From: Chrysochromulina tobinii
Taxonomy: Eukaryota
Assembly (NCBI GenBank): GCA_001275005.1
Contig: JWZX01003115.1
Span: 1 to 41,834 of the forward strand
Direction: 5' to 3'
Length of the DNA stretch: 41,834 nt
This document shows, one piece after another, positions 1-9,935 of the stretch. The notes below the pieces were generated by a model. It was not told the DNA's origin, searched no databases, and saw nothing but the letters and a program-made list of their open reading frames with translations. The first letter of the stretch is position 1. The number at the start of each line of letters is the position of its first letter. The position numbers were made by a program, and so were the translations under genes.

Positions 1-499
1 CTAACCCAAGTCCGTGCTGGGAGCACGGCGCCTTCACTTAACTTGACAGAGTTAGTGAGCCACCACGAGCGTGATCGTTACGGCAATAGAACAGGAAAGA
101 AGGAAAGAAGTAGAATTTCCAGTCGTGAAGGCGCCGCCTTTAAGGGCAAAAGGTCACAAAGTAAGGTCTGTCGCGGTCCCCTGCGCCCACGGCACCGTCC
201 CAAAGGACGCTCCGGCAAAATCTAAATCAGTCACCAGACCGGAAACCCCATCAGTGAAGTGCCCATTGGAAGTGCCCCGTCGGGCGCGCCCACCAGATGT
301 CCGGCGACCAGTCTACACTACCTGCGTATGTACTGTACTTCAATGCGGATCCGTCATCCGATGAAGCTCTGCGGTTGCACTCTGCGGGTGTCCTATCCGC
401 CGCGTGTGTACCCGGCAATGAAAACGAGCAACCATGCCACGATGCATTCCTGTCGCTCAGGCCTACATAGTATCCTCGGTGGCGGGCGCGGCGGCCACG

Positions 500-1429
500 T
501 CAGAGCGTGAATTTGGTGCTCTCCCCCGCGTCGGGGACGAGCTTATTGTACTCGGAGTCGCCCACGCCCTTGGTCTTACGCAGCTCGTACCAAGGCTGCT
601 CAGGGTCCTTTTTATGCAGTACGACGATGAGCTTGCCCGTCTTCTTCTTGACGACGCATTTCTCCTGGTCGATCTCCTGGCAGAGCAGCGGGACGTGCAG
701 CCGCAGCTCCTTGTTCTCATGCACGACGCGCAGATCGAAGCTGCGGATGCGGAAGTCGACCGAGATCGCGCCCTCCGCGAGCGTGCCCGCGCCTGCGAGC
801 GGCACCTGCACCTTGATCTCCTTCTCGTCATCGATCATCGCATAGTTGGTGATCGTCGCCTCCGGCAGCTTGGCGGGCTTGACGAACACCGCCTTCGGCG
901 CGGGAGTCGCGATGGGCACCGGCGCCGTCACTACGCCCGTCGGGTCCCTCGCCTTGTGTTTCCCCACCGAGTAATAGTACGAGTTCTCGCCCATCTTGGC
1001 CTGCGACGCGGCCACGGCCGAGCCGGGCGCGGCGTACACGCCCTTTTGCCGCATCTCCTCGGCCGACAGCGCAGCTGACGGCGCAGTGGAAGCGGCGACT
1101 GCGGCAAGGGGGCGTGCCAGTGCCGCACTTGCCGCCTTAGCAGCGGCGGCGGCGGTCGCGACGGCAGCCTCAGCGAGAGGCGCGGGCGCAATGCTGGAGC
1201 GCACGAAGGCATCGGCGTCGGGTGGCAGCCCACAGGGCAGCACCGCGTCCAAAGCGAGCGCGAGGCCACTCTCGTCAACCAGCTCGAGGGACGAGACGCT
1301 GAGCTCGTACCCGGTGCTGCCGTATGCGAGTGCGAACTGGCCGAGCGCCTCGTGAACCGTCATGGGCCTGCCGGAGATTCCAACCTTTGTCGTGAACTCG
1401 GGCGTCGCGTCCTCAAAGTGAAAGTACAT
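500..1429 (-). CDS. CS (p23/SGT1/CacyBP-like) domain co-chaperone-like protein
   Basis: 309-aa ATG ORF. The C-terminal ~95 aa (ITNYAMIDDEKEIKVQVPL...VDFRIRSFDLRV...LCQEIDQEKCVVKKKTGKLIVVLHKK...WYELRK) follow the CS-domain pattern. Ala-rich linker; N-terminal domain unassigned. Confidence 0.7.
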   Translation of the reverse strand: MYFHFEDATPEFTTKVGISGRPMTVHEALGQFALAYGSTGYELSVSSLELVDESGLALALDAVLPCGLPPDADAFVRSSIAPAPLAEAAVATAAAAAKAASAALARPLAAVAASTAPSAALSAEEMRQKGVYAAPGSAVAASQAKMGENSYYYSVGKHKARDPTGVVTAPVPIATPAPKAVFVKPAKLPEATITNYAMIDDEKEIKVQVPLAGAGTLAEGAISVDFRIRSFDLRVVHENKELRLHVPLLCQEIDQEKCVVKKKTGKLIVVLHKKDPEQPWYELRKTKGVGDSEYNKLVPDAGESTKFTL

Positions 1430-1672
1430 TGTCGAGAGTTGGCGCTTTCGAGGCTGTTGACGATCGCGTGAAGCGACGATGAGGTGTGAAGGTGTCGATC
1501 AGTCGATTTGTCTGAGTTCTCACACGTGTGTGTCCCGTCCGGCTCCCCCGGTCTTTTTTTCACAGTGAAGGGCGTTTTCGGAAACTTGTCTGCTTCCAGC
1601 CTGTTCCAGCGTCCCTGTCCAGGGCAGGCCAGGGAGTTGGCCCCAGGGATTGCCCCAGGGGAGCCAAGAGAG

Positions 1673-4600
1673 ATGGCGACTCCATACCCCTCGTTACGCG
1701 TTACAGACCGCATCCTCTATTTCCTCTTGGCGATCGGCTTTTTTGGCATCACGAACGCGCAGCTCTGCGCGGAGACGTGCTACGAGTACGCCTCAGACGG
1801 TGTATGCGACGATGGCGGACCCGGAGCTGAGGACGCAAGCTGTGCGCATGGCACTGACTGCACCGATTGCGGCCCCCGAGAGCATCTTCCGCCACCGTTC
1901 TCGCCGCCCTTGCCGCCAGTACAGCCTCCAAAACCAGCGCAGCCTGGGTGGCACATCGAGCGCCACGGCCGCAGGCGTTACCCTCCCCCACGGGACTATG
2001 CGCAGGAGCTCCAGCCGGGCGGCCACCCGCAGGCGTTCGCACCCCCCAACTGCTTGGCACCAGGGCGGGTGGGCTGCCTCGCGATGCCGAAGCCGGCCCG
2101 TGCCAAGCCTGCAGCAGGCGTTCGAGCTGCGCTCTTGCCACCGGCTTGCTTCGTGTCCTCCGAGCCAGGGTGCCTGCGCCTCCCCAAGCCTTTGGCAAGG
2201 ACGGGGAACGAGCCGCTGGATAGTGGCGAGCCTGTACTTCGATTCAGAATGGATCGCACCGCAGCGCTGCTGAGCGGGCGGGCAACGCTGCCGCCCGGCG
2301 GCAGCGAGTTCACGAGCTCGATCGCGGCGGCGGACGTGGACGGCGACGGCGACCTCGACGTGCTGCTGGGGAACTATGGTAGTCCCAGCCTGGTGCTGCT
2401 CAACGCGGGCGACGGCACCTTCCCGACGAGCATCGAGCTGCCCGGCGGCAGCGCGTCCACGAACTCGATCGCGGCGGCAGACATGGACGGCGACGGCGAC
2501 CTCGATGTACTGCTTGGGAACTATGGTAGTCCCAGCCTGGTGCTGCTCAACGCGGGCGACGGCACCTTCCTGACGAGCATCGAGCTGCCCGGCGGCAGCT
2601 CGGACACGAGCTCAATCGCAGCTGCGGACGTGGACGGCGACGGTGACCTCGACGTGCTGCTTGGGAACTATGGTAGTCCCAGCCTAGTGCTGCTCAACGC
2701 GGGCGACGGCACCTTGCTGATGAGCATCGAGCTGCCCGGCGGCAGCGCGTCCACGAACTCGATCGCGGCGGCGGACGTGGACGGCGACGGCGACCTCGAC
2801 GTGCTGCTTGGGATCAATGCCAGTCCCAGCCTAGTGCTGCTCAACGTGGGCGACGGCACCTTCCTGACGAGCATCGAGCTGCCCGGCGGCAGCTCGGACA
2901 CGAGCTCAATCGCAGCGGCAGACGTGGACGGCGACGGCGACCTCGACGTGCTGGTTGGGAACAATGACAGACCCAGCGTTGTGCTTCTCAACGCGGGCGA
3001 CGGTACCTTCCCGACGAGCATCACGCTGCCCGGCCGCAGCTTCGGCACGAGCTCGATCGCGGCGGCGGACGTGGACGGCGACGGTGACCTCGACGTGCTG
3101 CTTGGGAAATATCTTGGCGGTTCCAGCCTAGTGCTGCTCAACGCGGGCGACGGCACCTTCCCGACGAGCATCGAGCTGCCCGGCAGCAGCGCGGGGGGCA
3201 CGAAGTCGATCGCGGCGGCGGACGCGGACGGCGACGGCGACCTCGACGTGCTGCTTGGGATCGATAGCGGCGGTCCCAGCCGACTGCTCCTCAACCTGGT
3301 CAACGTGGGCGACGGCACCTTCCCGACGAGCATCGCGCTGCCCGGCAGCAGCGCGGGGCACACGAGCTCGATCGCGGCGGCGGACGTGGACGGCGACGGC
3401 GACCTCGACGTGCTGCTTGGGAACTATGGTAGTCCCAGCCTAGTGCTGCTCAACGCGGGCGACGGCACCTTCCTGATGAGCATTGAGCTGCCTGGCGGCA
3501 GCGCGAACACGTACTCGATCGCGGCGGCAGACGTGGACGGCGACGGCGACCTCGACGTGCTGGTTGGGAACTGGGGTAGTCTCAGCCACGTCCTGCTCAA
3601 CGCGGGTGACGGCACCTTTCCGACGAGCGTCGAGCTGCCCGGCGGCAGCGAGTACGGGAGCTCAATCGCGGCGGCGGACGTGGACGGCGACGGTGACCTC
3701 GACGTGCTGCTTGTGAACTATGACAGTCCCAGCCTAGTGCTGCTCAACGCGGGCGACGGCACCTTCCTGACGAGCATCGAGCTGCCCGGCGTCAGCACAT
3801 CCACGAACTCGGTCGCGGCGGCGGACATGGACGGCGACGGCGACCTCGACGTGCTGCTTGGGAACTATGGTAGTCCCAGCCTAGTGCTGCTCAACGCGGG
3901 CGACGGCACCTTGCTGATGAGCTCTGCGCTGCCCGGCGGCAGCTCGGACACGAGCTCAATCGCAGCGGCGGACGTGGACGGCGACGGCGACCTCGACGTG
4001 CTGCTTGGGAACTATGGCAGTCCCAGCCTAGTGCTGCTCAACGCGGGCGACGGCACCTTCCTGACGAGCATCGCGCTGTCCGGCGGCCGCTCAGGCACGA
4101 GCTCGATTACGTACACGAACTCGATCGCGGCGGCGGACGTGGACGGCGACGGCGACCTCGACGTGCTGCTTGGGAACTATGGTAGTCCCAGCCTAGTGCT
4201 GCTCAACGCGGGCGACGGCACCTTCCCGACGAGCATCGAGCTTGGCGGCAGCGCGAACACGTACTCGATCGCGGCGGCGGACGCGGACGGCGACGGCGAC
4301 CTCGATGTGCTGCTTGGGAACTCGGGCGGTCCCAGTTATCTTCTGCCCTTCATCAGATGCTCTCAGCCTGGCACTGCACGCAGTCGCTTCGGCAACGGAT
4401 GCATCCGCTGCCCCGCTCCCTCTTCACGCCGCGACGACCATTTTGATATCTGCTACGAGTGCGAAGAGCACACGGAGCTCGACTACCGCGGCGAATGCTC
4501 CTCCTGCAAGCCCGGCAGCGATCGCTCCGTGGGAGCCACGGAGTGCACCGCCTGCCCGCGCGGCAAGCGCCAAGGTAAGGCTGGCACCTTCTGTGTCGAC

Positions 4601-6109
4601 TGCTCCCCGGGCACGTACGCTCCGTTTAATGGCCTGTTCGGCCCCACGTGCTTACACGCGCCGCCGTCTATACCTGCTATGATTGCAGCTGTGCGTGGCG
4701 TGGAGGGACGCCCATATGAGGTGGGCCTCTCCCTAATATGGGCCCTCGCCTGCAGTGTTGCACTTGTTCTCGTTGCGCTCGTCTTTTTGTGGCGGCGGCG
4801 GCGGCATAGGCACAAACGGATGTGCCAGCTGCATGAGAGGAGCTCCGTGTCCATGCAGGGGTTGCCCCTTTTGGCGCCCCGGCCGTTGGATCGCCTCACG
4901 AATTCGGGCGGAGGCCCCGACATGACCGTCTCCGATGTGCGTTCCGACGATGCGACGCAGCTCGAGGTGCAGGACTTCTCGACGCTTACGATGGGCAGGC
5001 CGATCGGCAAAGGCGGCTTCGCGACCGTCTGGACTGCGCGGTGGCAAGGCAACCACCTCGCTGTCAAGGTGCTCGACGTCTCGTCCGCACAGCAGGAGAT
5101 GGCCATGCTCCAGGAGGTGGCCATTCTGCGTCGCCTGCGCCACCCGTGCATCTGCGCCCTCTTCGGCCACTTGCGGGTCGACCAGCGGCCCGCGCTCGTC
5201 CTCGAGTACATGGCCGGCGGTTCTCTCGCCGCATACCTCTTCAAGTCAAGATCGATCCACGAAGAAGCGTCAACGAATGTGGACTGGCGTCACACAACCA
5301 GCAAGCGGAGGCCATCCCTCGCCCTCGACGTCGCCTCAGCGCCTGTCGCCTCAGCGCCTGTCGCACCGCAAGCGTTGCTCGTCCCGGGCGACAACAAGAT
5401 TTGCTTCGCCGTGCAGCTGGCGAGCGGGCTGTGCTTCCTCCACTCGCACGGCATCCTGCACCACGATATCAAGACTGATAATGCACTGCTCGACGCGAAC
5501 CACTCGGTGTGCAAGCTCGCCGACTTTGGGTTGGCGAGCCTCATCCTGGCGAAGGGCAAGAATACGGTTACAGTGGGGGGCACACTGCGGTATCTGGCGC
5601 CCGAGGTGGTGGAAGATGCGCACCGTCAAGCGCGCGAGATGCGCGATCGTGGCGACGCCCGTAGCGTCAGCAGCAGCCTCAGCCTCAGCCTGGGCCGTAC
5701 GCTCGTCAGCTTTGAGGACCGGGCCGATGTCTATGCCTTCGCACTCTTGCTCTGGGAGCTCATGCATGAGCGCCGCGCCTTTGAGGAGTTGACGGCGCAC
5801 GAGGCATTCATGAGCGCCAGAAAGGGGATTCGGCCAGAGCTCTCGAAGACTTCAAAGGGCGATGGGATCCAAACACACACGGTCGAGTGTTGGGCGCAGC
5901 GTCCAGAGGAGCGCCCGAGCATGGGCGCCGTGCTCGAGAGGCTCGAAATGTGCATGCAAGACCTCTCGGCGACACAGAGTGTGACGCGGACGGAGTCGTC
6001 GCTGCAGGAGTCCACACCATCCGCTTCCAACTACATGCTGAGGGGGTCCCCGATGGAAATGACGGTTATTCCCTTACGTTCGATGTTACATGGCACGGGA
6101 TCGAGGTGA
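1673..6109 (+). CDS. Single-pass receptor-like TKL-type kinase with FG-GAP/VCBS repeat ectodomain
   Basis: First ATG at 1673 within ORF 1508..6109. Domain order: hydrophobic leader (ILYFLLAIGFFGITNA), Cys-rich CDDGG module, Pro-rich linker, 14 DxDGDGDLD repeats, CxxC-PG Cys-rich repeats, TM helix (LSLIWALACSVALVLVALVFLW-RRRR), kinase with GKGGFA, LAVK, HHDIKTDN, DFG, GTLRYLAPE. Confidence 0.88.
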   Translation: MATPYPSLRVTDRILYFLLAIGFFGITNAQLCAETCYEYASDGVCDDGGPGAEDASCAHGTDCTDCGPREHLPPPFSPPLPPVQPPKPAQPGWHIERHGRRRYPPPRDYAQELQPGGHPQAFAPPNCLAPGRVGCLAMPKPARAKPAAGVRAALLPPACFVSSEPGCLRLPKPLARTGNEPLDSGEPVLRFRMDRTAALLSGRATLPPGGSEFTSSIAAADVDGDGDLDVLLGNYGSPSLVLLNAGDGTFPTSIELPGGSASTNSIAAADMDGDGDLDVLLGNYGSPSLVLLNAGDGTFLTSIELPGGSSDTSSIAAADVDGDGDLDVLLGNYGSPSLVLLNAGDGTLLMSIELPGGSASTNSIAAADVDGDGDLDVLLGINASPSLVLLNVGDGTFLTSIELPGGSSDTSSIAAADVDGDGDLDVLVGNNDRPSVVLLNAGDGTFPTSITLPGRSFGTSSIAAADVDGDGDLDVLLGKYLGGSSLVLLNAGDGTFPTSIELPGSSAGGTKSIAAADADGDGDLDVLLGIDSGGPSRLLLNLVNVGDGTFPTSIALPGSSAGHTSSIAAADVDGDGDLDVLLGNYGSPSLVLLNAGDGTFLMSIELPGGSANTYSIAAADVDGDGDLDVLVGNWGSLSHVLLNAGDGTFPTSVELPGGSEYGSSIAAADVDGDGDLDVLLVNYDSPSLVLLNAGDGTFLTSIELPGVSTSTNSVAAADMDGDGDLDVLLGNYGSPSLVLLNAGDGTLLMSSALPGGSSDTSSIAAADVDGDGDLDVLLGNYGSPSLVLLNAGDGTFLTSIALSGGRSGTSSITYTNSIAAADVDGDGDLDVLLGNYGSPSLVLLNAGDGTFPTSIELGGSANTYSIAAADADGDGDLDVLLGNSGGPSYLLPFIRCSQPGTARSRFGNGCIRCPAPSSRRDDHFDICYECEEHTELDYRGECSSCKPGSDRSVGATECTACPRGKRQGKAGTFCVDCSPGTYAPFNGLFGPTCLHAPPSIPAMIAAVRGVEGRPYEVGLSLIWALACSVALVLVALVFLWRRRRHRHKRMCQLHERSSVSMQGLPLLAPRPLDRLTNSGGGPDMTVSDVRSDDATQLEVQDFSTLTMGRPIGKGGFATVWTARWQGNHLAVKVLDVSSAQQEMAMLQEVAILRRLRHPCICALFGHLRVDQRPALVLEYMAGGSLAAYLFKSRSIHEEASTNVDWRHTTSKRRPSLALDVASAPVASAPVAPQALLVPGDNKICFAVQLASGLCFLHSHGILHHDIKTDNALLDANHSVCKLADFGLASLILAKGKNTVTVGGTLRYLAPEVVEDAHRQAREMRDRGDARSVSSSLSLSLGRTLVSFEDRADVYAFALLLWELMHERRAFEELTAHEAFMSARKGIRPELSKTSKGDGIQTHTVECWAQRPEERPSMGAVLERLEMCMQDLSATQSVTRTESSLQESTPSASNYMLRGSPMEMTVIPLRSMLHGTGSR
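2315..4335 (+). repeat. Coding tandem array of 14 FG-GAP repeats, basic period 147 nt
   Basis: Near-identical units containing GACGTGGACGGCGACGGCGACCTCGACGTGCTG; 14 copies counted in the translation. Confidence 0.95.
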
Positions 6110-6451
6110 GGGGTACGTGTTGTACACGTGTTCAGTGTTGTGACAAAATGTGGAGTGCCCCATCGGCGCAGAAGCTGGGCAAGCCATTGGGCGCAAGCTC
6201 TAAGCAAGCTCGGATAATTGACCCATATTTTCCCTTCACCTGTTTGGGAATTGAACCATTTGTTGACCCAAATCGGCGAAATAGGGGACGGGATCGGGAG
6301 TGTGAGCGTGGTCTATTGTCTACTCTTTTTCAAGTTTATTATATTATGGAGTATTAAGGGCCCATCCCCACATACCTGTTTGGGGATTGAATGGCTGGCT
6401 CTACGTGTGTCTGAAAAGTTGACACGGGGGGCACAGAAGGACACGGGACTC

Positions 6452-6494
6452 TCAGTTCAGTTCAGTTCAGTTCAACTGATCTGAACTGAACTGA
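6452..6494. repeat. Inverted (TTCAG)n/(CTGAA)n microsatellite palindrome
   Basis: TCAGTTCAGTTCAGTTCAGTT-C-AACTGATCTGAACTGAACTGA; arms pair at 20 of 21 positions; CTC on both flanks. Confidence 0.85.
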
Positions 6495-6608
6495 CTCACA
6501 CCTTTTGTCGTGTGTCGCTCATGTCGCGACAACTTTGAGAAAAAAGCTCCGAGAAAAAAGCCTGTACTGTGCAGAGCAGAGCCGCGTGGTCTCCCTCCTG
6601 TTCGTGAG

Positions 6609-8477
6609 ATGGCGGAGGCGGCATCCTCATCGGACGCGTACCCCGCCGATCCGCCAGAGGACGACGTGGGGCCCGGGGAGGCTGAGGAGGTGCTACCGGA
6701 GGTCTCCCTCGAAGTGTTCAACGTGATCAAGTCCTCCCAGGCGCAGCATGGCCTGCGCCACGGCGACTACGTGCGCTACAGGCAGTACTGCTCTCGCCGG
6801 CTACATCGCGTGCGCAAGGCCGTCGGCTTTCTGCACGGCAAGGGCCGCTACGTCAAGAAGCAGCTCGAACCGCGTATGGTCAAGGACAGCCGGTTCCTCC
6901 TCATCCCGCTCTACTGCGCCGAGCGCGCATGGGCGTTCGCAATGGCGCTCAAGCGCGAGGACGTGGTAGCGCAGCCGCGGTTGCGCTTCCGCCTGCTCCA
7001 TCGGCTAAGCAAGGCGGCCCAGTGGGCCACCGGGCTCGCGAAGCTCTGCGCCATCCGCGGCGACAAGCGTACGGCGCTCGAGGCGGAGGCTTACGCGGGG
7101 TTCATCGTGGGCAACATGCACCTGGAGCGTGAGCGATGGGCGCAGGCGATCTCCAACTTCCGGCGCACGAAGACGATCTGCACCGAGCTGGCGCGCGTGT
7201 CCATGTCCGACCAGGCGCACCTGTACACGAAGGTCGTCGCCGAGGTCCAGCCGTCGATACGCTTCTGCGCGTACAACCTGCGACGGACTGGCGAGGCCGT
7301 GGGCGAGGCCGAGGGCGACGAGGACGGCGACGTAGAGGGGATGCTGCAGGACGAGGACGGCGGGTCGGGCTCCGACATTCTGCGCTCCAAGCTCGAGGCC
7401 GTGCGCCAGGAGAGCCGCGCGCGCCAGGCGCAGGACCTGACTGAGGTCGAGGTGCTCGGCGAGCGGGTACCGGTGCGTTCCGACAAGGTGCGCATCGCGA
7501 TGCTCGCATCGCAGCAGAAGGAGGTGGAGATCGAGCACCTGTCGGCGCCTGCGGGCATGCCGCCGCCCGCGGGCCTCATGGAGAAGTACGATGAGCTCTT
7601 CGTGGCCTTCAACGACGCCCTTGAGGGCGTGCGTGCCGACCTACGCGCGGCAGCGAAGGAACAGACGGCACGCTCGGGGGCGGCCGAGAGCGCGCTGCTC
7701 AAGCTGCAGGCGTCCCTTACGTGGCAGAAGCTCCATCACACGGTGCGGCGCACGCTGCTGCTCGTCGAGTCGCTCAAGCGCTCCCTTGCGGGCGATTCGG
7801 GCGCGGGCGCGAAGCGCGTGGCTCCCGACGATATCGTCCGGCTGTACGATGCATGCATCTCGAGCTTGGGCGAGATGGGGCAGCTCGAAGGGTACCGGGA
7901 GGACGAAGTGCTGATGAGCCAGGTCGCCGCGCGCCTCGCAGGTGCCAAAGCCTGCCGCTGCTTCTTCCTTGCCGAGTCCTACGGGGTAGCCACGCGCTAC
8001 CTCGAGGCTCAGGCTCTCTATGGCCGCTCGGAATTCCTCATGCAAGAGGCCGAGGCGATGCTCGAGGAGGCCGGGTACACGGTCGAGACGCCCGAACGAG
8101 TGGCGCTCGCCAAGCTCGAGCAGATGATCGACGGCGCGCGCGCGCGCGCCCACGCGCAGGCCTTCGTCAACACGCTCACAGGCGGGCCCGCCGCCGCCGA
8201 GGCAGAGGGCGCGCTCGCCTCGCTCGAGCTCAATGGCGAGGGCGACGTCGCGGGCGCGGGCGAGCGCTCGCTCTACGACTCTCTCGAGACGTTTGAGCGT
8301 CCGAATCCGGAGCACCTCATCCCGTTCCCGCCGGATTTTGAGACGACGCCGTGCAAGCCCCTACTTTTTGACATCGCACGCAACCAGCTCACGGGACCCG
8401 ACCTCTCCGCACGTATCAAGGGCGGCAAGTCGGGCAGCAGCTGGGGAGTCGTACCTCTTCGGACGCTCGTGAGCTGA
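6609..8477 (+). CDS. SRP68: Signal recognition particle subunit SRP68
   Basis: N-terminal signature AQHGLRHGDYVRYRQYCSRRLHRVRK, AERAWAFAM, QPSIRFCAYN, and C-terminal LIPFPPDFETTPCKPLLFDIA. ATG at 6609. The last few codons may be frameshifted (see findings). Confidence 0.93.
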   Translation: MAEAASSSDAYPADPPEDDVGPGEAEEVLPEVSLEVFNVIKSSQAQHGLRHGDYVRYRQYCSRRLHRVRKAVGFLHGKGRYVKKQLEPRMVKDSRFLLIPLYCAERAWAFAMALKREDVVAQPRLRFRLLHRLSKAAQWATGLAKLCAIRGDKRTALEAEAYAGFIVGNMHLERERWAQAISNFRRTKTICTELARVSMSDQAHLYTKVVAEVQPSIRFCAYNLRRTGEAVGEAEGDEDGDVEGMLQDEDGGSGSDILRSKLEAVRQESRARQAQDLTEVEVLGERVPVRSDKVRIAMLASQQKEVEIEHLSAPAGMPPPAGLMEKYDELFVAFNDALEGVRADLRAAAKEQTARSGAAESALLKLQASLTWQKLHHTVRRTLLLVESLKRSLAGDSGAGAKRVAPDDIVRLYDACISSLGEMGQLEGYREDEVLMSQVAARLAGAKACRCFFLAESYGVATRYLEAQALYGRSEFLMQEAEAMLEEAGYTVETPERVALAKLEQMIDGARARAHAQAFVNTLTGGPAAAEAEGALASLELNGEGDVAGAGERSLYDSLETFERPNPEHLIPFPPDFETTPCKPLLFDIARNQLTGPDLSARIKGGKSGSSWGVVPLRTLVS

Positions 8478-8840
8478 CGCTCGTGAGCTGCCGCCCTACC
8501 CCTTTCCATCTCTGCCCTCCCTGCCCTCGCATCGCAGCCTGCTCGCGCCCCCCTTGGCCGGCGCCACGCATCGCCCCCAAGCGGTAAGCACGGGCGAGGC
8601 GCGTCGCCGACGACGAGCGACGACGCGGACGCTGCAAGGCCGCCTCGCATGCGCGGCATGAGGCACGCAGGATGCACGGCGACGGGGCCTGCAGCCGCCA
8701 CTGGTGCTGCGGTGCCTCCCCTTTCTCTCGCATGCTTGCATGACTTATGCATTATTCGGTGACTCGGGCGCGCCCGCGCCATGGCATGGGTGGCACCGCG
8801 CCTGTCGGGGGGATAGTTTTTATCTAATTCATTTTGCCCA

Positions 8841-9935
8841 ATGCAATGCTTTGAAGAGAGTCTGTCGTGTGAACGTTCACACGCCCTTCCGTGGTGTGCA
8901 ATGCCCGGGCCACTTAGAGGTGCCTTAGACCTCCACTTAGAGCTGCCTACTTGCGCGACCAGCATCTTCGACTCTTGTGCCACAGAGCAACTTGCTCCGG
9001 CAATCTCAACACCGTTGCTCAAGCAGGTGACCCACGCTTACCTGATCATGTACTCTCGCGATCGAGTTCGCAGTGTATGGCAGCGTGTGCAGCTGCCCCA
9101 GATTGGCATCAACACGACGATTATCACTGGCAACGATGCGGAAGAGCTCGGGCACCGTACGCTGAAGTGCCTCTTTGGATCTGAGCGACCAGAGCTGTCG
9201 CTCAAGTACGCTTCGCAGCTCGTCAAGCTCTGGACCGCCGTGTATCTTATGGTTCAGACCGGCGTCTCACGGGCGCTCTTCTTCGAAGACGACGTGGTGG
9301 TGCGCTTCTCGCATCTCGCGAGCATCGATCGGGCTCTGGTGTACCTGGACACGCACACCCCGGAGTGGACGGGTCTCTTCCTTTCCAGCTACAACCCGAG
9401 CGGCGAGGATTCGCTGTGGAACGGCCTCCTGCCTAGGCGAGCGGGAGCTCCCTGGATTCCCTATCGAGCAGGTGGGATCATGGCTGGCGTGGGCAACGTG
9501 TTGTCGGAACGGGGCGCTCGGCACCTTCTGCACTCACTTCCGATCCGCGCGCACGGGCTCGATGCTGCGCTCTCGGACTCGCGCGAGCCATCCGCCGCAG
9601 CTGACGGCGGCTACTTTCTCAAGCCCTACCCGTTCATTGCGGGCGCCTTCGGTAAGCAAAACCTTTTCGAGTGCAACTTCTCAGTCACGTGTGAGAAGGC
9701 CTTTGTGAAGCACTTTGTGACCAGTGCCCACGCTGGGCCTCCGCGCGCCACGGAGCTCTCTCAATACCTGCGACGTGGCTGGAGAGTCCCGATCCGCCCA
9801 TGGACGCGCGTGAGCAATTGCGTGCGCGATCTGTCGTGCTCAATGTGGGCATTGCTGACCCTGCCGTTCGTGAGCGAGAGCGTGGGTCCGAGCTTACAAG
9901 GGAGGGCTGGGGGCGACTTGCGGACTAAGTTGTAA
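8841..9935 (+). CDS. Putative glycosyltransferase, GT25-like
   Basis: AYLIMY..DR near the N-terminus and ALFFEDDV (the LILEDD-type motif of GT25), later LSERGARHLL. Start codon and C-terminal end uncertain. Confidence 0.55.
   Translation: MQCFEESLSCERSHALPWCAMPGPLRGALDLHLELPTCATSIFDSCATEQLAPAISTPLLKQVTHAYLIMYSRDRVRSVWQRVQLPQIGINTTIITGNDAEELGHRTLKCLFGSERPELSLKYASQLVKLWTAVYLMVQTGVSRALFFEDDVVVRFSHLASIDRALVYLDTHTPEWTGLFLSSYNPSGEDSLWNGLLPRRAGAPWIPYRAGGIMAGVGNVLSERGARHLLHSLPIRAHGLDAALSDSREPSAAADGGYFLKPYPFIAGAFGKQNLFECNFSVTCEKAFVKHFVTSAHAGPPRATELSQYLRRGWRVPIRPWTRVSNCVRDLSCSMWALLTLPFVSESVGPSLQGRAGGDLRTKL

Noticed and set aside
1..430. Short ORFs and small hairpins (CCGTGCT-GGG-AGCACGG at 12-28) at the window start
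   Set aside because: No recognisable protein or RNA motif; stems this short arise by chance.
2315..4335. Repeat-spacer-like regularity suggesting a CRISPR array
   Set aside because: Units are in-frame coding FG-GAP repeats with no unique spacers, there are no cas genes, and the context is eukaryotic.
4571..4580. AG|GTAAG donor-like site in the receptor kinase
   Set aside because: The Cys-repeat pattern continues in frame across it, so no intron is needed.
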